Assembly (NCBI RefSeq): GCF_006345805.1
Contig: NC_043004.1
Location: 52,762,001 to 52,826,000 of the forward strand
Length of the DNA stretch: 64,000 nt
Source: Octopus sinensis
Lineage: Eukaryota
Direction of reading: 5' to 3'
Part shown: piece after piece, positions 26,436 to 38,308 of the stretch
Layout: each line of letters starts with the position of its first letter
How positions within the stretch are numbered: the stretch's first letter is position 1
Translations under genes and position numbers: made by a program
The notes under the pieces: model-generated
Seen by the model: the letters and a program-made list of their open reading frames with translations, nothing else
Databases searched by the model: none
Told to the model about the DNA's origin: nothing

Positions 26436-26845
26436 AGGCGCAGGAGTGGCTGTATGGTAAGTAGCTTGCTAACCAACCACATGGTTCCGGGTTCAGTCCC
26501 ACTGCGTGGCATCTTGGGCAAGTGTCTTCTGCTATAGCCCCGGGCCGACCAAAGCCTTGTGAGTGGATTTGGTAGACGGAAACTGAAAGAAGCCTGTCGT
26601 ATATATGTATATGTATATATATGTATGTGTGTGTTTGTGTGTCTGTGTTTGTCCCCCTAGCATTGCTTGACAACCGATGCTGGTGTGTTTACGTCCCTGT
26701 CACTTAGCGGTTCGGCAAAAGAGACCGATAGAATAAGTACTGGGCCTACAAAGAATAAGTCCCGGGGTCGAGTTGCTCGACTAAAGGTGGTGCTCCAGCA
26801 TGGCCACAGTCAAATGACTGAAACAAGTAAAATAGTAAAAGAGTA
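26436..26845 (+). mobile_element. SINE family 1, full length
   Basis: aggcgcaggagtggctgtatggtaag (A box), gggttcagtccc (B box), ggcatcttgggcaagt, internal microsatellite, tail aaacaagtaaaatagtaaaagagta. Confidence 0.9.
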
Positions 26846-26869
26846 TCACACTATGTGCGACAATAAGGA

Positions 26870-26895
26870 TGAGAGATAGATAGATAGATAGATAC

Positions 26896-26980
<85 letters not shown>

Positions 26981-27052
26981 TAGATACATAGATAGATAAA
27001 TAGATAGATAGATAGATACATACATACATACATACATACATAGATAAATAGG

Positions 27053-27132
<80 letters not shown>

Positions 27133-27135
27133 GAG
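26870..27135. repeat. (GATA)n/(TACA)n tetranucleotide array
   Basis: Long GATA runs; source of the poly-YLSI ORFs. Confidence 0.95.
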
Positions 27136-27578
27136 AGAGAGGGGGGGAGGAGAGAGAGAGTTCATGACGTTCCATGCAACTTTGAGAAATGAATCTTGTT
27201 TAACGTCGCCTGTCTAAAATTAGAAGATATGGTAAGTGACATCTTCATGACCTGTTTAATACTTGAATCGACCTCGTAACTGTGTGTATTCTTGGCACTA
27301 ATGTATATCTTAGGAGCATGATAGTAAAAAGAAGCAAGTATAAAGCGGCGCCTGTTGTGAAGTACAAGCAGACAACAGGAAACTGACGTGCTCCCTAATC
27401 GAAATACTAGCCATCTGTATGTAAATAAGATGGGAAGAGAATCATCATAATATGAAGATATTGAAAAGAGAGAGAACCCGAATGTGAAGCTTAAAATATA
27501 GACTAAATCTCGTAACAAGCAATAGCTTCCTGTAGGGCAGAGAAAGCACGCAATGAAATAAGACTACTCAATAATATA

Positions 27579-27645
<67 letters not shown>

Positions 27646-27740
27646 TAACAACAATAATAATAACAATAATAATAATAATAATAATAATAACAATAATAAT
27701 TATAATAATAATAATAACAATAATAATTATAATAATAAAT

Positions 27741-28292
27741 GCCCTGATGCAGTACCAGGCAGTGGCTTTCATGGCTTCTGATCTTAACTGATTGGAAGTG
27801 TTATCATGTACATTGTTTTGCCTTGGTATAAAAGATGGGCTACAGCAAATATTCTGCTCAATACCACAGATTTGCTTGTCAGTTGTTTGACCTTAACCAG
27901 TTGAGCATGTCCCTTAGTGGCTGACGATATGTGCATCTCTGATCACGAGTAGAAGTAGTGGGGGAGCATCATAGCCATGTGTTGAGAGGGATTCTTTGGG
28001 GTTTGCATAATTCACCTCTGGAAACATGGGTGGTTCTTTCAACATCCTTAAACACCCTTATTCAGGGACCTTTTGAGCGGGATGGGCTACTCAACCTGAA
28101 GAAAATTCTAACTGGGCCCCACCTGCAGGTCATGTGCTGTTTATCTTGATATGAGATCACCATGTCGCGCACATATGGTTGTGATGCATGTGCCTGGTGT
28201 ACCTTTATCAGACGGGTAGTCATGATGGGTATATTGGGCTTCGTATATTCTACCCCAGTGTCACTTTGATGGCATGAACTGCTCTCTCACTC
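27741..28292 (+). mobile_element. Unclassified ~550-bp interspersed repeat, copy A (most complete), in (AAT)n
   Basis: Starts gccctgatgcagtaccaggcag, ends gctctctcactc-(AAT)n; three diverged homologues follow. Confidence 0.8.
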
Positions 28293-28325
<33 letters not shown>

Positions 28326-28526
28326 TATTATTATTATTATAATTATTATTATTATTATTATATTATTATTATTATTATCATTATTATTATTATAAGATGA
28401 AGAAGAGGAAGAAGAAGAAGAAGAAGAATATCAAGAAGAAGAAGAAGAAGAAGAAGAAGAAGAAGAATATCAACAAGAAGAGAAGAAGAAGAAGAAGAAG
28501 AAGAAGAAGAAGAAGAAGAAGAAGAA

Positions 28527-28559
<33 letters not shown>

Positions 28560-28587
28560 CAACATAAACGGCAACGATAATAACAAC

Positions 28588-28997
28588 GGGCTACAACAAA
28601 TATTCTGCTCAATACCACTGATTTGCTTCTCAGTTGTTTGATCTTAACCAGTTGAGCATGTCCCTTAGTGGCTGCATCAATGATAACGAGCATAAGTTGT
28701 GGGGGAGCCTCATAGCTATGTGTTGAGACGAATTCACATCTGGAAACATGGCTGTTTCGTTCAACATCTTTAAACAATCCATATTCACTGAATTTTTGAG
28801 CGGGATTGGTAACTCGTCCTGAAGGAAAATCTAACTGGGCCCCACCTGAGAAAATCATGCGCTGTTTATCTTGATATGAGATCACAATATTGTGCACATA
28901 TTGTTGTGATAATGTGCCTTATCTCGCGGTTAGTCATGATGGGTATACTGGACTTCGTATATTTTACCCTAGCGTCACATTGATGGCATGCATTGCT
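28588..28997 (+). mobile_element. Same repeat, copy B (5'-truncated, diverged)
   Basis: gggctacaacaaatattctgctcaatacca...ctaactgggccccacctg...gatggcatgcattgct. Confidence 0.8.
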
Positions 28998-29007
28998 ACA
29001 AATGCCA

Positions 29008-29426
29008 CTATACCCATCATGATTACCCGTCTGATAAGTATACACAAGGCACATGCATCACAACCATATGTGCGCGACATGCTGATATCATATTAAGATA
29101 AACAGCGCATGACCTTGCAGGTGGGGCCCAATAAGAATTTTCTTCAGGTCGAATAAACCATCCTGCTCAAAAGGTCACTGAATAAAGGTTGCTTGAGGAT
29201 ATTGAAGAAACACCCATATTTTCAAATGTGAATTATCCAAACTCCAAACAATTCCTCTCAACACATGGCTATGATGCTCCTCCTCTACTTATGCTCTTGA
29301 TGAGAGATGCACATATCGTCAGCCACTAGTGGGAATGTTCAACAGGTTAAGGTCAAACACCTGACAAGCAAATCTGTGATATTGAGCAGAATATTTGCAC
29401 TAGCCCATATTTTATACCAAGACAAA
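29008..29426 (-). mobile_element. Same repeat, copy C (inverted)
   Basis: Reverse complement: catgaccttgcaggtggggccca...ttttataccaagacaaa. Confidence 0.8.
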
Positions 29427-29429
29427 TTA

Positions 29430-29509
<80 letters not shown>

Positions 29510-30004
29510 GAGTGACAGAGCGGTGCATGCCATCAAAGTAACACTTGGTAAAATATATAAAGCCCAGTATACCCATCATTACAACCCATCTGATAAGGGT
29601 ACACTAGGCACATGCATCACAAACATATGTGCGCGACATGGTGATCTCATATCAGGATAAACAGCATATGACCTTGCAGGTGGGGCCCAGTTAGTATTTT
29701 CTTCTGGTCGAGTAACCCATCCTGTTCAAAACGTCCCTGAATAAGGGTTGTTGAAAGAAACACCCTTGTTTCCAGACGTGAATTATTCAAACCCCAAAGA
29801 ATCCCTTTCAACACATGGCTATGATTCTCCACCACTACTTCTGCTCGTGATCAGAAATGCATATATCGTCAGCCACTAAGGGACATGCTCAACTGGTTAA
29901 TGTCAAACACCTGACAAGCAAATCTGTGGTATTGAGTAGAATATTTGCTGTAGCTCAGCTTTTATACCAAGACAAAACAATGTACATGATAACACTTCCA
30001 ATCA
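29510..30004 (-). mobile_element. Same repeat, copy D (inverted)
   Basis: (ATT)n-gagtgacagagc...caggtggggcccagttag...acatgataacacttccaatca. Confidence 0.8.
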
Positions 30005-30257
30005 TATTATTATCATCCTTATTATTATTCAGTAGTCTTATTTTCAACACGTGCTTTCACTATACTACCGATCGCTGCTCTATGTGCCTTGGATATGTGC
30101 TGTGGTTTGTTATGTTGCTCTTATTTTTCCTTTATTGCAAATGTTTTATGTAGGATGTGGTGCCTACTAGTGCTATTTTCTCTATGTTATATATACCTCT
30201 TAGGCCTTGTGTTTTTGTTATATATTTGTACTATGATATTATTATTATTATTATTAC

Positions 30258-30323
<66 letters not shown>

Positions 30324-30408
30324 CATCATCATCATAATTATTGATATTATTATTATTATTATTAATAATAATAATAACAAAAACAATAATAATAACCATA
30401 ATAATAAG

Positions 30409-31110
30409 AGCACTACACGGACAGCGCAGGACCAAGCTTTGGTCACAAACAGGAGGATCAAATTTGGGAATAAGCAAGTGTCTCCACTGTGCTGCGTCTG
30501 TAACAAAGTGGATGAAACTATTGCCTATATCACGAACACACTACTTAGACTTGCTCCAAACCACTACAAGTTGTGGCGACACAATCAGGTAGCGAAAGTG
30601 CTACATTAGAAACTGCGAAAAACGGGAGCTCGAGAGAGGCAAGAACGTAAAGAGTGGCTGAGTCGGAGAGTAGCAATGTTCTCTGGGACTTCCCAATCCA
30701 AACAGATCATGTGCTAGAGCATAACAGACCGGACCTAGTGGTGGTTGACAATATGCACTACATGTGTATTATAACTGATGCTGCATGCTCCTTTGACCCA
30801 CGAATAGTCAAGAAGGAAGGCGAAAAAAGAGATAGATGCAACCATCTTATGTACAAAATAGCTCGGCTATGGAAAATGAAGAAGTGAAGACAGTGTTAAT
30901 TATTGTTGGATCCTTGGGGACAGTATCAGAAGGTATGTAGTGGGATATAAAGGAAATTAGAATAGAGTGCCCAGTAGAACTGTTAGAACAGATCTGCTTC
31001 CTTGGCACAGCTAGAATAATCTGGAATGTATTAGAGAGCTGAGAAGAATGGATACCATGGTGCTATAGTTTGCAGGTCTCCAGGAGTTGCAACAAAGTCT
31101 GTGATAAAAA
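30409..31110 (+). mobile_element. Degenerate R4/Dong-clade (RLE) non-LTR retrotransposon 3' fragment
   Basis: AQDQAL, PLCCVCNKVDETI zinc knuckle, WRHNQVAKVLH, VLWDFPIQTDHVLEHNRPD, FLGTARII; (TAA)n flanks. Confidence 0.85.
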
Positions 31111-31727
31111 TAAAATAATAATAATTATGATAATGATAATAAGAATGGCTATCATTATAATATCAAGTCGGAGGATGAAAAATCGAAGAAATGACCTATG
31201 CTAAAACAAAATATTAAAAAATATATTTTGAACGCGAAATCACAGTACCGAAATTGCAGGTGATAGTATCGCATTTTTAGAGGGAAAGATATCTCGGAGA
31301 ATATTAACGAATACACTGTGTACAATGTGCGTTCATTCAGCTACGATTTCCGAAAATATACATGAACTCATTCTATACATTGATATATTCAGGTAAGTCA
31401 TAAAACGTTATCAGGTTTTATTCCATGATATCTATAGGGCAAGTTTAAAAAATGAATCAGTATAAATTAAAGAAATTTCTTTTGAGTTTCTGTTCTTATG
31501 TCACTTGTTTTAAGAATTTTGCTCACTTGAACTGATGACAATTTGGTGCATTAGTCAAATCTAAAAACATGTTGGGGAGCTACGAACTCCCGATAGTTTC
31601 TTTTGTCTGCAATTAATCACTAATAAATTTGTTACATACTGAATCGGTAATAGATTGATGTGCACCTGCTATTTATTTTACTGATTCGCTCCATATTCTT
31701 GTCTTCAAAAGTCTTCAATATATTATG

Positions 31728-32159
31728 TACTCTTTACTCTCTTTTACTTGTTTCAGTCGTTTGAGTATGGCCATGCTGGAGCACCGCCTTTAGTCGAGCA
31801 AATCGACCCCAGGACTTATTCTTTGTAAGCCTAATACTTATTCTATCAATCTCTTTTGACGAACGCAATGTTACGGGATGTAAACACACCAGCATCGGTT
31901 GTAAAGCGATGTTGGGGGGACAAACACAGACACACAAATACACACACACACACACACACACACATATTTATATATATATATTCATATACATATATACGAC
32001 GGGCTTCTTTCAATTTCCGTCTACGAAATCCACTCACAAGGCTTTGATCGGCCCGAGACTATAGTAGAAGGCACTTGCCCAAGGTGCCACGCAGCGTGAC
32101 TGAACCCAGAACCATGTGGTTGGTAAACAAGCTACTTACCACTTAGCCACTACTACGCC
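31728..32159 (-). mobile_element. SINE family 1, full length
   Basis: Reverse complement of the 26436 copy, including internal (CA)n(TA)n. Confidence 0.88.
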
Positions 32160-35029
32160 AGATTCTTCATATCGACTCCATTATCAAAATATTGATTCCA
32201 TCTCCATATGTTATTATATGATATATATTATGCAAGCTAAGCGGTATTGTGAATTATACAGTAATTCCGCAAAAGGATCTAGAAGTTACCTTAATTTGAA
32301 CTGATCTAAAAGTTAACTTAATTCATAACAGAGCCTGAAGTACGTAAAATATAACTTATTGTAGCGTAGAGAATCATTGCACGAATTGTCAAAAAGATTA
32401 TACCAAATTTCTGCAAGCGCAGCTATAGCTTCCAGAGTTATCTCGTAGTTGTTTCTCTTGATAGCATCCGGTTCTGCTTTCTAAGTTGCTTGAAATGCAT
32501 TAGCTCGTTTTCAAAAGCGTGCCTCGAAATGAATGAACATGCTTCATATGTTTTCTAAAGCGAAAAATTTCTCTATAGCATTTCACTGGACAAGTTTCTC
32601 ATAAACATTTAAACTGATTTATAAATTTGTTTTCTTAAAATTATATTTTAAAATCACTATGCAAATTGTATTTATGTTTGCATCTGTATAATTTGTTCTA
32701 AATTTCAAATGTAATTTTTAATCCGTCTTTTAACGTAGTGCATGGAAAAATTTATAGTATTATTTCGGAGTATATTATTCCAAAGCAAGATTATATCTTA
32801 TGATATGTATTTAAAAAAATCCATTCTTGATTCCTGCGATAATAAAATAATTTTTTCATACTCTTCATATAACGCTAACTTCAGGTTTTCATTGCTGTGG
32901 ATACACATATATTATGCTAAACGAATTAATTTTTAATATTGCAACTATGTTGTGTCACCACTGTGTATATCATAGTTTTAGATAAATTGAATCTAATTTA
33001 GAGCAATCAGAAGCAAATTAACTTATTTTGATTCGAAAATACCTATGTGATTAAAATTTTATGAAAAGCTTGCGTTCATAAATCATGTAGCAACACATGT
33101 ACCATACATAGTCCTATACTTTCAAATATGCTATTTGCTATACAGTTATTATAGTTATTTATGTTTGTTTAAGAACATTTAATTAAAGCTACATCAGATA
33201 ATCGCTAAGTAATCTACGTACACTATGAGTAAAGTTTAAAATGGTTTCTTCCTAATGTGATCTTAAAGTCGTTAGGTTTATGTTTACAATATGCAATTGC
33301 TTATATTAATCATTCTCAATAATGAATAATGGCGTTGTACAATTGTTTTTTGTGAGCTCAGTAATGCATTGCGTTAATTAATAATTTTGGGAACATTCTG
33401 CAGTAATTTTAGCTTTAGAAAATAAAAGGTGATTAATTCTAACTGGTAGATGAATACTTTTTAGTTACTTCAAATCTACATAGTAAATACTGCTTCTGGG
33501 GAAAAGATTGTGTCAAAACAGCCTGTCATATGGGATGAAAATCGTCTGAAATTCGTTTAATATAAATTTTTTTTCGGGGTCGCTAAAGTCGTACAGCAAA
33601 TGCAGCAACCACAACTGTAACACTTCACTGCGGTTACTGTATTTTGTCCTCTGAGACATGTGCGAGATTAGTTAATCATGGTTACCACATACTAAAAATG
33701 TAAAAATACTATTTCGCAATAGACGCATATCTATATGAATAAGCATGCATAAATGTATGTATATATATATATGTATGCGTGTGGGTATGTATGTATGTTT
33801 GTATATATATATATAGAGAGAGAGAGAAAGAGAGAGAGAGACTGAGAAAGAGATAGAGAGATATTTATAGACATACGGACGAGGACGCAGAGACACAGAC
33901 ACACAGACAAGGACACTGACATAGATATAAATGCACATACATGCACACGCATGTGTGTGTGGGTTTGCACATTGTGGTCTATACTTGTGTATATATATAT
34001 ATACATGTATGCATGTATGTAAACATATATATGAATATATGTATATATTAATTATATATGTATACATATATATTTATATACACGCATGCCTATATAATCA
34101 TATGCATATATAAATACATGTGTTTATACATGCATACTTCCATAAACACACACATAGAGGGTGCAGTAATTTGTAATTGCATACTGACGTCTTGGAAAAA
34201 AATCACTATTACATTTGGAGGCTTTCCAATTTGCGGATTTTATTTCTAATTACATTGATGAGGTTTTGTAGATATTGTTCGATGAATTATTTTTGTCTTT
34301 TCAATATTTTTGTTGTTGTGTATTTAAATAGCATTAATCATTCTGATGCTTCATGTTTGAGGTTTTTTTTTAATCATTCTACACTTTTTCGGCTGCAGCA
34401 TCGAAGCCAGAGGCTCATTATATAAATGCTGCTATAATTATATACATTCATCTATAGCTTTACCTAAAAATACGTAAATGCGTGACTATAGGTCATATTC
34501 ATGCAACCAATAAATGCACTTTTTTTCCAAAAAAATAATGATAATAATAAAAGTAAAGAAAATGCAAATGTTGTTTACAGGCTAGTTGTAGAAATAGAAT
34601 ATTAGAGCATATATTAAACTGACCCAAACAGGAATGTTTGGATCAGAATGATAGCTTAGTAGTAATTATCACCTCGTAAATAGACATACCCTCCATAAGA
34701 AACTCTGTACAAAAAATTCACAAACATCTTTGATTTTATAATATTGCGAGGGTAAAGAAATGATTCACAGATCAGAATTTAATCAATATGTGTTGATACT
34801 TAATATAAATTTGAATTGCATATTTCGTATGCATGATATGTCATGAACATAAAAGCAAGTATGACGCATCAAGACTGTTCAGTTTTCTCGTTGGTACACA
34901 TGTCATGCCACTGACAAAGATTGTATCGATTATTTTCAAGTCAACAAAGATTTTCTGGTAGCATGGTAGTATAGCAGTTGCAGGTTAGCCAGGTTCTGGA
35001 TTTGCCACGGATACCCAGCATACCATAAA

Positions 35030-36386
35030 GTTAATCATCGTGGTCTTCCTCAGAATCAGTCAGTTCTAATTCTGGTTCTCTGTTGAATTCAGGAGCCTGG
35101 TGGTTGCATGTTCGTAACTTGCACATGTCTGTACATCTCAAGTTATTGCTGAGGCAGTTGTATACTGGAAGTTTGCAGGAAAGCATACATTTACAGGACA
35201 AAAGCTGAAAGACAGCATCCAGTGCAGATGAGCTGTGCATCCAAGCAATGGCGAGATCATCCTCCTCGCCTAATTTTCAACCACTCTCAATGTTGATCGG
35301 AACAAAAGTTTGGGCCTGTAGACACCTTCTCCAGATGGCTGCTTGGTAGTTTGCACGAAGAGCATGCATGAACAGGTAGTCATCACATGGAGGTAGTTGA
35401 CTCGACTCAATTTCTCCACGTCTGGCGCAAAAAAGTTGGTATCAAAGTTTATTTACTTCAGTTGTTGAAACAGAAGGCATGTACATTTGGAAGGTTACCA
35501 TCTGTAACTTTTGAAACAGTTCAGGAGATACATCCCCCGACCGCCCCAATTCACTGAAGGCTCCTTGGAAAGCCTTGTTGGATTTCATCTGTCTGAACGT
35601 TGTCAGCTTTCCACGGCCAGCAACTGCACTGACTATCACAGACTTTGATCAAATCCAGTCAAAGTATCAAAGATATCACCTCCCAGTGCATGATTTATTT
35701 TCGTAATGTCAAGGAAACGTGTTCTGCTCTTTGTACCACACTTCTGGTACAAGGAGTTCATGATTTTGTTACAGAACCCCAGACACAAAATCAGAACGTA
35801 AGTATCCAGAGCTTTGTTTTACGACAAATAACAGCAAATGCCAGGTCACTTCCAAAAAAGTAGCAAGACGCTTCACCCTTTCTGAGGGATTTGCACACTC
35901 GCTTTCCACAGTCAGCAGGAAATAGAGAAATTTGTTGTCGGAAATGACATTTTGCTCGGTGCTTGGTGGCCATGTTTGACCGAGATCATGTTTCTTTATC
36001 TGATGTCTTAGCGGCACTACTGCTTTGGCTAGAGAGTCCTCAGACAGAATTGTCTTTAATTCTCGTAGCTCCTGATCCAGTTTGTGGTGTTTTTTGACAA
36101 GATCAGCCATGGAAAAACTGTTTTGGTATACGAGGACTTTGTTCTGGTCAGTCTAAATTCTGCTAGATGTGTAAACGATGTTATATGTGTTGTAGTCATC
36201 ACGCGCAGATGTACTCCAGTATGAGTATCGGTGAAATTTCATAAATCTGCAAAAACAGAACGAAGCTACCGAGCTCAAAAAGCTATCACATTTTTTTTAC
36301 ATTCATAGTGACCCTGTAAACATGTTAATACCATTTAGGTATATTCACCCCAGATAGTGCCGATAGCTGCCGTGGCTCATGGACTA
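35030..36386 (-). mobile_element. Internally deleted AcademX-type DNA transposon remnant (XPG-like nuclease + Cys-rich zinc finger)
   Basis: Minus strand: N-terminal part (QTWPP...SERVKRLA...GSDLAFAV) fused near 35812 to DTYVLIL...LYQKCGT...CD(T)VSAVAGRGK (H3TH motif), LPPCDDYLFMHALRANYQAAIWRRCL, and LLSCKCMLSCKLPVYNCLSNNLRCTDMCKLRTCN; 5' terminus TAGTCC at 36386. Left terminus not found. Confidence 0.72.
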
Positions 36387-37312
36387 AATCAACGCTAAAA
36401 GCCGTTTGAAATAGTCCCATACACGTAAACCTTCTGAGTAAAAGATTATTTTAGTATATATAATAGTGCGTACATACAAAAATGGAAGGGGACTTGTATC
36501 TAGGTTACAAACCGGCTCTTTCTCTATTGTCAAGGAATAAGGACATACATAAATGCATAAAGTTTTAATGATATACATTTGAACGTGTTTTTATGAATTC
36601 GTTGATATATGTATGTATATTTAGGGGTATGTAGATGTGCGCATGTGCGGATATTTCCCTATACTTGTTTGTATCTGCTTATAAATATCCAGCTGTATAT
36701 ATACTTCCTTTTGATGTACGTCACAACACTCCAACTTGAAAGTGTACTAAGTCTTTCATTGGTATTTCCGTGGGTACGGTCTTCAAGTGGCTGTAAGGTA
36801 TGCCAGCCCAGGTGCAGAGTTCTTCAATGAGACACGACTGGTGTGCATTGCTTTTGGCTCACAAGGAACCCATCCGACATTTGCTTGGTCTTGTCTTTAT
36901 TCCTGAAAAGTGTCCAAAACACACTACTTACCTAGAAAGCTTATTGTGGGAGGGCTTCGATTCTGTCGCCATCCGCTGGGCCATGGGACATCTAGATCTC
37001 GGTTACATGGGTCATGTAGTATTCAGTTACATGGTACAAGTAGTAGACTTTTCTTGATCTGACCAACAAATATATAGATGGTGAAATAACAATTGACAAA
37101 ATAACGGTATATATAATTTTGAGCCAGTACCGGAGACTCCAGACGGATCTACTAGAAACAAGAGGCATTTATATTAAAATAAATTTTCTGTATTAACAAT
37201 TGGAAGGATTCAAAGAGTTAGCAAAGGCACTGTATAAATATGGATGGTGTGTCATCTTTCTTTGATGCAGATTCTCTACACCAGGACAAAAATGTCAAAC
37301 GCAGAAATATAT

Positions 37313-37475
37313 ATCGATCAAAATACTTTGATTCAAATTCGCTGGCATTCTTGAGTTTCAAGCATGACGCTAGTCTTCCGCCGTTTTGAATTTCAAATTC
37401 AAAATGGTTGAAGACTAGCGTCGAACTTGAAACTCAAAATTACCAACAAATTTGAATCAAACTGATTTTATCGAT
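37313..37475. repeat. 163-nt foldback (imperfect palindrome), MITE-like
   Basis: ~80-bp arms atcgat...tttgattcaaatt...gagtttcaag...gacgctagtcttc...ttttgaattt and reverse complement, about 80% paired by eye, essentially no spacer. Confidence 0.8.
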
Positions 37476-37542
37476 GCATATAACTCGCAATAAATTTGTT
37501 GACCGTTCCTCTTTAGTTTATCCACTTACTCGTACATACATA

Positions 37543-37646
<104 letters not shown>

Positions 37647-37674
37647 CGCCATATAAACATGCCACATGGATAAC

Positions 37675-37825
37675 AGATTTAGGCGTTGCAGCCAAGACAG
37701 ATCGTAAGATAATGCTTTCGATTCTTGGACCGGGCGATGCGCAGTGTTCTTGAGCAAAACACTTCATTTTCTGTTGCTTCACTCCACTCAGCTGGCAAAA
37801 ATGAGTAATCCTGTACTCAGTCCAT
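37675..37825 (+). mobile_element. Degenerate SINE head (family 2-like)
   Basis: tttcgattcttggaccgggcg...gtgttcttgagcaaaacacttcatttt resembles the heads at 12.8 and 47.1 kb. Confidence 0.5.
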
Positions 37826-38000
37826 ATGAGGAAGTGATATAGCGCCGAATAGGGGAAATCTAGACTTATGATCCTGTAGATTGAGTGGGACGTTTATATT
37901 TACATGCCTGCGAGCGCACGCACGCACGCACACATACACACACATACACACACACACACACTCACACACACATACATACCTGTGTATATATTCACTTATA

Positions 38001-38214
38001 CTAGGGGTCCTGAAAGTTCACGGGTTTGGTTAAAAGTAAATACAAGAGGAACAATTAATTATGGATTTATTCAACATATTTTCTTTTCAGATTCATCCTT
38101 ATTGCAACTGTCCTTCAGTTTTCTAAGCCCTGTAAAAGAATTCGGAAGTTTGGGCTTCCAGCCAGGCCTTTAACGCGATTCTCTTAAAGCCAGGAACTGT
38201 TCAGAATCTTCTCG
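38001..38214. mobile_element. Mariner-type MITE
   Basis: ta|ctaggggtcctgaaagttc ... gaactgttcagaatcttctcg|ta; imperfect TIRs, TA flanks. Confidence 0.65.
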
Positions 38215-38245
38215 TATGTATGTTTGTATGTATGTATAACGCATA

Positions 38246-38308
<63 letters not shown>

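Noticed and set aside
26436-26520. tRNA gene calls for SINE heads
   Set aside because: A/B boxes are present but there is no full cloverleaf, and each continues into a SINE body.
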